A stretch of 54,326 nucleotides of DNA, from positions 62,001 to 116,326 of the forward strand of contig JAVECO010000064.1 in NCBI GenBank assembly GCA_051942205.1, read 5' to 3'. How positions within the stretch are numbered: the stretch's first letter is position 1; each line of letters begins with the position of its first letter. Positions 45,312 through 54,326 of this stretch are shown one piece after another. The notes beneath the pieces are model-generated. The model did not search any database, was not told the DNA's origin, and saw only the letters and a program-made list of their open reading frames with translations. The DNA comes from Coniocarpon cinnabarinum (lineage: Eukaryota). The position numbers were made by a program, and so were the translations under genes.

Positions 45312-47525
45312 ATGGCTTTACAGCGCTCTCATACTCTGGCATCGTGGACCTTTCCCTCGATACCTGGGTATCCTCCTAAGGAATTTGCTAGCTCTGACAC
45401 ATCAGCCACATCTCAGCCGTCGAACCCTTACGATTCGACAGTTGACGAACACCAGCAGAATGCGGCATGTGGTTCACCTCACAGTATCCGTAAACGCAAG
45501 ACACACAATCTCGAACTGACTCCCAAGAAAGCTTCCCGACGTCCCCCACCGCTTTCATTGCCTCTAGCGGTGCCGTCTCCACCCCTTAAGAGGTCTCCAG
45601 ATCATCTGGATCAACGCGACGACGAGACCTCATCTCAGACACAGGCAGGTTTCAGCCGTGAGCTGAGTGATCTCCCTGCATCAGCAATTTGCGTGTGTCG
45701 TCCACCATCTACTGCAGAGCACATACCTCGGCCGAGGAATTGTAAGTCCCTAGCGTTGGCCTATCTGTTTCGCTCTGTATCAATGATGATATTGGCTACC
45801 ATCGTGGCTGTCTCCTTTGATGCTCCGATCAATCACGGAACAAAGCCAGCTTTGTGGTTTGTTGTCTCGTGCGGGTCTAATGTGCTTTGTAGGCTTCTTT
45901 CTTTATCGACAATACATGCAAGGGGATTCCGGTTTGAGTGTCCCCCAAGCGTCAAAAGTAGCCGGGGCGAAGTGGAACGATCTTCCAAAGGAGAAAAAGC
46001 AATACTGGAAACAACTCGCTGACGTTAGTCTCGTCTCTTGGACGCTTCTTCTGCAGCTTTACTGACGCCTTCGAAGCAAGTGGCCGAGCAACATAAGCTA
46101 GACCATCCAGATTACGTGTATCAACCGAGAAGAAAGAATCGCGAACGAAGCTCAGCCAATTCTCCTGCGACTCCGTCATTCACCCCTTGCTCGAAGTGTG
46201 GCAAATACCCAATAATGACCGAAAACTCCACCCCAGCCAAGAGCGAGCAGTTTCAGTCTCCAAATTTCCCTCAGACACCCAATTCTGCATCATTTACATA
46301 CGGCAACCGTCAACTTCCACCGATCGCCTCGCCGACTCATGCAAATGGGAATCGCCACCGTGTCAGTGACATCCACATTCCTCCCATCAACCCTCCTGCT
46401 CCGAACCAAGCGCGCGAACATCCAATGACACCAGACACCAAAAGACGCAGGTTCTCAAACGGCTCGGCCAATGCTGTTCCAGCTTTGCCAGCCTTGCCTC
46501 CATATCCAGGATCCTCCCACCGCGGCAGCTTTCCCTATCCTAACGGTCCGAATCACTATCCCATGCCCATTAGGCCGCAGATGCCACCGCCGGCTCAGCC
46601 TCAGTCTCAGCCTCAACCTACGTCTCGGCATGCCCAGGTTCAAAGCACCTCACCTGCCTTCGTGGCTCCGCAAGGTCACCCTCTCCATGTTGGTGCTAAG
46701 CGCGCGTCACGATCAGACGATGACATGCTGGTGCTGCCTCGAGACCAGCAAGTAGGCAAGAGCATCGAAGAAATACTCCGGAAAGGATCGGCGAAAGAGC
46801 AGCTTCGCGTCTTGAACATGGTGTCGTATCCGCTGCCTGATTCGGACCCTCGTTCGAAGACGCGCGGCGTCGCCGTCGCCATCGAAGGTGACAGCACCCA
46901 GACAGCGCAAGAAGTGGCCCAATTCCTGAACAAACAACTCTCGCAACGTCGAGAATTTGCCGTTTGCCTCGCTGAAGGACCCGCTGGTCCGTCCAGTGAC
47001 AAACCTGCAACGATCCGGGAGTACAAGAAGCTGTCACTAGATATGCACGATACAAGCGACAAGCTCGTCGAGTACATTACTGGGTCCACCACCTCAGAGC
47101 GTAGGGAGGCAGGCAATCGCGACGAGCAAGAGGCTATGGACATTGATCCGCCGACACCTGTCCTTCTCCTGAACCGCTACGCTCACCACGCTGCCCTCAG
47201 CTGGGCTGCTCGCGTCCCGCTCGATGGCATGTACGAAGCGAAGCAGCACTGGCTCTGGTTCGCGACGCAATGGCGTGGCGTCGTGGGGCCAGATGTCACT
47301 GTCTACATCCGAGACGTGAGTCCCGAAGTCTTCTCCAAGGCCAAAGCCGTGGAGATTTGCGAGGATGTCAGAGCGATCTTTGTACTGAGGGAGAGGAATG
47401 AGAAGGCTGAGAAGAGTGAGGATGAGGGCACCGTTGATGATAAGACTTTACGACGGGTGGAATTTGAGGTTACGGAATGGATTCGACATTTGGTTGAGAG
47501 GGGTAAGAAGTCAGAGGGGGCATAG
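45312..47525 (+). CDS. HMG-box transcription factor (SOX/MATA_HMG class) with a globular C-terminal domain
   Basis: Spliced HMG box HIPRPRN/CFFLYRQY...SKVAGAKWNDLPKEKKQYWKQLAD/QVAEQHKLDHPDYVYQPRRK. Introns 45742-45892 and 46024-46076. Confidence 0.88.
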
Positions 47526-48488
47526 AGAGGTTACACAGCTATGTGCATAGGCGTCAGATTGGTCGACACCGGGGAACTAGGAGTTCAGGAGGCCCTTTTG
47601 CATTGCGTTCTCCCACAGAACTTAGTCGTAATAGATAGTAGTAGTTCGCCGATGCAAATATTATCCCGTTGCTCAATCCGTACGTCCACTCCATCATCCT
47701 GCAGATAGGCGAGATGCGGCTGCAATGTGGTAGGCTTCTACTCCTGAAGTGAAAGTGGTATGGAAAGGGGTGAACTTGTGTAACCTGTGCTGGCGACTGC
47801 ATGGCCAGCGTTGCATCCGTCAATGTAGTATGAATCTGCAGGGCTATGGAGATGCGGTACAGATTGAGGAATGGAGAAACAACTGCCTCTGCTGGCTGCG
47901 CTATTTGCTATTCTGTCATCTACCCTCGTCTTCTCACTCCTTTTTGCGTGACTGCGCTTCTGGGCTAGACATATGGATGACGAGTTGAACGATGTCCATT
48001 TTCAACGCTGAGTGGTCTACCCTCGGTTTTTACTCGTTTCTACACTTTGCTGTTCTGTCGTGCTGCGACCCAACTAAGCACGTCGCCTTGTCGCCTTACT
48101 CGTGTTTGCAAAGATATCAGCTAGTCACACGTGTGCCATGGAGTATCGTCAGCGGCCTGTACCCGTTTTGCACATCATTTGAACTGCGTTTGAGATTGTG
48201 TTGCTACTCTTGCTTTGAGCGTTAAGAGAAGTGGCTCATCGCAAGTATGCTCGTTACAAACGAAACAAACCAGAGTGTGAAAGTACCTAGCCACGGCATT
48301 CTCATAGAGCTGTATTAGACCACTTTGTTAAACGCCGCACAAACACAATAAGACAAAACAAAACAACACAGGAGTTTCCAGGGTCAGCGTCCCTCCAAAG
48401 CTATGTCCGACGCCACGACAGCCAAGCGCTCACATGCTCAGGTCGGAGCAAAGTCGCCGAGTAAAAACCAACAAGCAACGCAAGCGCC

Positions 48489-49034
48489 TCAGGTCGGAGC
48501 CACATAAGTGCAATGGCCCACATCGTCACACGTCGCCAAAAGCTTCACACACTGAAAGTTGCCCGCCTCGGGTGCTCCACGAATCGATCTCGCATCAATG
48601 CACGTTGTGTAGTCACCGGAGCCCTCCACCGTGAAGTCATGCATATTCACCGGCTTGTAACCGCCTTTGCAGTCAGGCGACGCGAAAAGCCCGACGACGA
48701 TGTTGTTCGCGCTGGCTTTGAGATAGATCCAGTTCGCGGCGGGCATATTGACGTGTTGGTCGGTGATGCCGGTGATGCGACTCGCTGTGAAGCCGTCTGG
48801 GCTGGGGATGATGGCGCCGTTGGCGCAGACTTTGCCTTGGTCCAGGTCGAGGTCGTAGGAGGTGAAGTCGACGGTGGGTTCGTCTGCGCGGGCTTGCAGA
48901 GAGGTGGTTGCAGGAAGGGCGCTGGCGAGGAAGGGGGCCAGGAGGACGGCGGCGTTGATGAGGAGCTGGTCCTGTAGTTAGCTTATAAGGGAATTTTGGG
49001 GTATAGAGAAGAGACATACTGTTTTCTTGTACAT
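48489..49034 (-). CDS. Small secreted Cys-rich protein (165 aa, 6 Cys), candidate effector
   Basis: Exon 1 MYKKT (49034-49020), intron 48972-49019 (GTATGT..GCTAAC..CAG), then a signal peptide QLLINAAVLLAPFLASA-LP and a propeptide-like LQAR. TA-repeat TATA near 49110. Confidence 0.8.
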
Positions 49035-51267
49035 GTTTCGTGCTAGGTGTTCGATAACTCACAAGAAGCTGTACGTTTCAACGAGATATAATGAGTGCCT
49101 GCCTTCTCATATATATATACATAGATGGAAGACGGCCCCGGAGGTCATGAAGGACTATGCCGCAGATCCTTCACTGCTTTGATAGGATTCCGGCTGGACT
49201 TTGCCACTTACTGGTAAGATTGGAGGTGGACGGGGGCTGATCTAACGGGTGCGGGATCATTGCGGCTGCTGGTTTCACATACAAAGGATGCAGTACACAA
49301 GAAGGCGTAGGGAAAAAGAAGGACACTAATTCGTAGCTTGAGTGGGATCTTCCTTCTGCCTAAAATAAACTCATCAGCATGGCCACTACGAAGTCTTGAG
49401 GACTGCACACGGCACGAGGAAGGATTCAAGAAAGGGTTCAAGGCGGAATGCGGAATGTTCGGAAGAACACCAGCGCTCGTCTCGAGGGCGATAATTAGGG
49501 TATGAGCAGCCGCTTCGTGCTTTTGGACTGGTTGTTGACAGGGCTTGATGATCACTGGCCATATCTCTTCTCTGAATTTATAATTAGAAGCCTGCATTCC
49601 AGCGCGTAGAAAGTAGCTAGTGCAAGGTGTCTTTAGAAAAGGAATCCGGCCAGCCTAAGGCAGGACAGGTCACGTGAATTTACCACGTGAATTTGACGAT
49701 AGGCGTTTTGTCCTGGAACATTGAGACTAGAAAAGCAAGCATCATTGCCTTCTGTGAAAAGTAAGTACTGGATTGTGGTTTGTCGTCTTTGCCGCCTTGC
49801 TGTGTAGCCATGGTGACATGTGGAGACGCATCGTGCAGAATAGACGGATGTCCACGCCCCCTGGCCCTGCTTCTTGTCTTCCTTTTCATTGATCCATCCG
49901 CTCATTCGATGCTTGATAGATCCTTATTGGTCATGTCCTCGCGATACGGATCATTCTTCACCGTAAACCCTGCACAGTGTCTCGGGTTCCACTTAATGGA
50001 CGCTTCTAGTGTTGAGAGAAAGATATCTTATACGTGAGCGTGTTCAGTGAGATGAAGCAAGAAACCGAGTGAAAGCCTGTGTAAGAGCCGCGCTGGAGCT
50101 TTCGACTCCGTTGCGGTATGTATTCTTGCATGTGTGCTCTGCACGTGCGGGACCGTCGTGAGCAGGTCCGTGCCGCGGCTTTCGGAAGCCTGCGGGTATC
50201 ATCCCGACAATGGTACAGCCTGTTCTGAGTGTGGCCCTCACTCGCTTGTGACCTTGTTCCTCAGCCCCGAAGTTCGGCAAGGCTCCATCGCAAAGTCTTA
50301 GCTTCCGTAGGTATCCGTAGAGTCTAGAAACTTGATGAGCCGATGTCCAATGTAACCAAGTGTTTCAGCCTTGAGGTTCCGATGGAATTTACGGATCGCC
50401 GATAGTCCGTGGCTGCCGGGAAAAGGCGGTGATGTTTTCTGTAAGTCTTAAACTTTTGTCTTGAGATACGGTAAGGACACTGCGTAACATATCAGACTTT
50501 TCCCCCAGCGCAGTGAGCTCGTGGCATTTCCAGTCATACGAGCGCAACCCGATCCGTGTATGGCATAGCCATCTATCCTCGATAAGGAATTGGGACTGGC
50601 GTTCTTTCATGGCTTAGCAATGAGCGCGCCTCTAGACACGAGAATCCCCGCCTCTGCTGCATAATACTCGTCGCTGTTGTGCCCCCCGTTGGCTTGCCGC
50701 AATTGAACCGCAGCTGCACTTGGGTGTGAGAGTCTGGCACCTTTTCTCGCTAATTGTCGCCTTGTTGTTCCGCCTGTTATCACAATCCATTGGACTTTAA
50801 GCCGTCTCAAATGGCCACCACTGCATGCCATTCCTCCGCATTCGTTCGAGTGTCCATGGGATTTTAACTTTTCTCCACAGGCAGCGATTCTTTTTGTCCA
50901 TCTTTGCCGCTTAAGCATCTTCAGATACAGCATTCTGCGTCCCGTCAACAATCATTTCCAGGGTCGATATGGCGTCTCGACCACCCTCTGTGTCTCGTCT
51001 CGGGTTGAAATGAGAGCCTTGAAGTCACAATGCATTGAAGGCTGTATACCTCCTTCATTTGAAGGATTCGCTAAACCCTTGAGCCATTGCAGATGAGCTG
51101 TTTGTGCTGGGAGAAAGGCGTAGCTGGTCTGTCGATGAAGAACATTTAAGACTGGACGATGGCCTGCCAGCTTTTGCTCATCAGCGAATCCCTAGCCACT
51201 CCAATCCCTACTCAAGCAAGTTCGCATCTATCCCAGCGATTTTGCAAGAAGAAACACAGTCGCGACC

Positions 51268-51979
51268 ACGAAGTTCACATTGGCTTTTCTCCTGGCATCC
51301 CTTGCTGTCATTAGCGCGGCCAATCCTCTTTGTAAGTGTAACCCTATTTGAGTGTGATGATTTTGAAGAGGCCCAGCAGCTCGCAGTGTCCACGACACAG
51401 ACTTAGTGCCGCACTTGCTGCATCTTGTAATCAGATACATCCTCGACTGGCTGCAGCAAGATCTTGTTTGCTGCTTTGACTTTCAAGCATTGCCAACACG
51501 AGGCAGCAAGAAACCTGAGTCGGCTGACACAAGGGACAGCAGCCACTGGCGATGTTTCCTCATCCGCCGCCGTGGCGAAGGCCCAATCGACGAATTCAAC
51601 AGCTCAACAAGTGGCGCAAACTACATCACCCGCCCAGAAGACTACCAGCCATGGTGGAGCTGAACCCACTGCACCAGGCGGCGAACCAGCTACCACAGCA
51701 GCTACTGGTGGCGCGAAGACTACAAGCGGTGGAGGAGCGCAGCCAACTACCGCAGGAGGTGAACCAGCCACCACTGCTGCTATTGGTGCTACGAAGACCA
51801 CAAGTGGTGGAGGAGCTCACACGACCACCACTGCTTCTAAGCAGACCTCAACACAGGCCAATAGTGCCGACCCAAGCAATCCTGGAACAACAGCTGCAAC
51901 GGCAGGGACTGCGGGAACTGCAGGTGGGACTGCCGCCAGCACTGCTAACGGTGCAGGTGCTACAGGTTCCGCAAACTGA
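51268..51979 (+). CDS. Secreted Thr/Ala/Gly-rich repeat protein (~167 aa) with an ACG start (non-AUG start or start-loss allele)
   Basis: ACC-ACG-AAG reads (M)KFTLAFLLASLAVISAANPL. Donor GTAAGT at 51332 and phase-matched acceptor at 51539 (GCTGAC branch) lead into the TAG-rich ORF. Confidence 0.6.
51638..51830 (+). repeat. Coding 78-bp tandem repeat (KTTSxGGAxPTxxGGEPATTAAxGxx), ~2.4 copies
   Basis: Units start at 51638, 51716 and 51794. Confidence 0.88.
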
Positions 51980-52755
51980 ACGCCAATTGCCCCTGCAGAA
52001 TGGGTCGCTCAGCAGTTTGAAAGCTCTTGAGAACGAGGGATCATGCGCTGTGCGGGCATAGTGGATAAGTGACACGTTACTTTCGATGATACACGTTTGG
52101 GATAATGCTTATGTTAATATTTCGACGTGGGTTTCATTTCATCGGTGGATTTATTAAACACTGTACATAATTTTCAATCTTCCGACGTTTGAGCGTGGTG
52201 AATTTATCTGGGTTTCTAGAGCAGGCTCAACGGGGAATTCCAGCTTGACTGCTTTGAATTCGAAGATGGTTCATTAAGATACTCTGCTTTGCGCGAGTAG
52301 AACTGTATCAGGATTTTGAATGGACTCAAGATTGGAATGGCCACATTTCTACCAATTCCAGACTCTTCAAGCCTTGAAAGATCGGATGATCCAGAACGGT
52401 AATCAAATTGCTGACAATATCCAGTAGGTGAATACACGAGCTTGGAATGTACGGTAGAAAGGAAACGCAAGATGGAAGTGAGTCTCGTTGTAAAAGCTCT
52501 GCGTTACGGCCCCCACGCCACTGGGTTATGCCAAGCCTTCCCCTACATCCGCATGTATGCTCCATACATGTAGTCTATTTGAATGCTTGGCTTCGTACAG
52601 GTTACTTGTACACGTATGAGCAATGATCATATCCTGCCTATATAAGCAAAAATGAATCGCAAAACGCGTGCCCCGCCATCTACGCGACTCGACGCGTCTT
52701 CACAAACGCTCCAAAGTCGACCTGACGACATCAAAGTTGGTCCAGCATCCTCAAA

Positions 52756-54326
52756 ATGCCTCGGTAAGCCTGTCGAACGATGGCTACCGCCTGCCATAAA
52801 TCTGACAAGTCTAAATAGGGAGCTGATCACCCTACAAGCCGGCCAATGTGGCAACAGCAGTGCGTCCATATTTCACTCCTATAGCCCCATAGGCCACTTG
52901 CACTACAGCTTTCACCACATTGATAATGCATTATGGACTTCAAACACTGACAGTCGCATGACTAGTTGGATCGCAGTTCTGGCAGCAGCTCTGCCTGGAA
53001 CATGGCATTTCCCCTACCGGCCAGCTAGAACCTTTCGCAACTGAGGGCGGTGATCGAAAAGATGTCTTCTTCTATCAGGTACGTCGACATAAGCTGCGTA
53101 TCCAGGCAGCTTGCGCGTATTTTCTGTACCTTTGGTTCATCATCCAATTGCTTACTCCAATGTCTAGTCAGACGATACCCGCTACATCCCTCGAACACTC
53201 CTTCTAGATCTCGAACCTCGTGTCATTCAATCCATACGTTCAGGACCATATCGCGACCTCTATAACCCTGAAAACTTCTACGTCCCATCTGCTGGCACCG
53301 GAGCCGGCAACAATTGGGCCGCCGGCTACTCCCAAGCGGAGTCAATACAAGATGAGATCCTGGACATGATCGACCGCGAAGCTGATGGGTCGGATTCTCT
53401 GGAAGGCTTCATGCTTCTCCATTCGATCGCAGGTGGCACAGGCTCAGGTCTAGGAAGTTTCCTCCTCGAGCGATTATGCGACAGATACCCCAAGAAGCTA
53501 ATCCAGACATATTCGATCTTCCCTGAAGACGCCGGCGTCGTCGTCCACCCTTACAACTCGCTTTTATCTTTACGCAGACTCACACAGCACGCCGACGCCA
53601 CCGTCGTCCTCGACAACAAAGCCCTCAACGCCATCGCCTCATCCCATCTCCAAACACCGCAGCCCTCTTTCGCACAAACCAACCAACTCGTCGCCACCGT
53701 CATGTCTGCCTCAACCGCTACCCTCAGATACCCAGGCTACATGCACAACGACCTCGTCTCCATCATCGCTTCTCTCATTCCCACACCCCGCGCCCATTTC
53801 CTCATGACATCCTACACGCCTTTCAGCGCCGACGCCGAAGCCGCCCGCATGGTCCGCAAGACGACAGTCCTGGACGTCATGCGCCGCCTCCTGCAACCGA
53901 AATCGCGTCTCGTCTCCGTCGCGCCACGAAGAGAATCCGTCTACATGTCCATCCTAACGACAATCCGCGGCTCTGACGTCGATCCCATCGACGTGCACAA
54001 ATCGCTGTTGCGCATTCGCGAACGCAAATTCGCCGATTTCATCCCCTGGGGCCCTGCATCCATCCAAGTCGCCCTCACCAAACCATCACCGTATATCAAA
54101 TCTCAACACCGGGTAAGTGGACTGATGTTGGCGAATCACACGAGTATTGGACAGTTGTTTCGACGGATCGTCTCGCAGTACGATCGACTACGAAAGCGGA
54201 ACGCGTTCTTGGAGAATTACAAAAAGGAACGCATCTTTGAGGGGGGGTTTGGGGAGTTTGACGAGGCGCGCGAGGCGGTCATGGAGTTGTGTCAGGAGTA
54301 TGAGGAGGCGGAGGGGGCGGACTATC
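52756..54326 (+). CDS. mipA: Gamma-tubulin (3' end beyond the window)
   Basis: [70 protein letters not shown] and [11 protein letters not shown]. Confidence 0.96.

Noticed and set aside
45312..47525. MAT1-2-1 mating-type gene
   Set aside because: The protein is too long, has an N-proximal HMG box and an extra C-terminal domain, and there are no APN2/SLA2 neighbours.
51354..51518. Box C (GTGATGA) and box D (CTGA) in the intron, as a possible C/D snoRNA
   Set aside because: No terminal stem or recognisable guide sequence, and the motifs are short enough to arise by chance.

Overview
Genomic window from a filamentous ascomycete (Pezizomycotina; short GT-AG introns with CTRAC branch sites). Conserved genes in order: a partial HeLo-like/STAND N-terminal gene at the left edge, an ankyrin-RCC1-BTB protein, MTAP, RSC9, a probable REC114, an epoxide hydrolase, hydroxyacid-oxoacid transhydrogenase, a WDR62/MAPKBP1-like WD40 protein, acetyl-CoA synthetase, an HMG-box transcription factor and gamma-tubulin (partial). 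The main discovery is a ~9 kb island between MTAP and RSC9 (8673-17900) holding seven co-oriented, highly diverged genes. All begin Met-Cys, share the scaffold M-C-x4-C-x(4 or 9)-C...C...C...C-x2-[H/C/D], have A at -3 of the ATG and lack a signal peptide. One of them is only visible after splicing four introns and is fused to a Gln-rich repeat tail. Other notable items are a spliced 35-aa micropeptide gene, a decayed PNP_UDP/NB-ARC/TPR NLR with a C-terminal ubiquitin-like domain, a solo copia-type gag ORF, a secreted T/A/G-rich gene with an ACG start codon and a small secreted 6-Cys protein. All gene models and domain calls were read by eye, without database searches.
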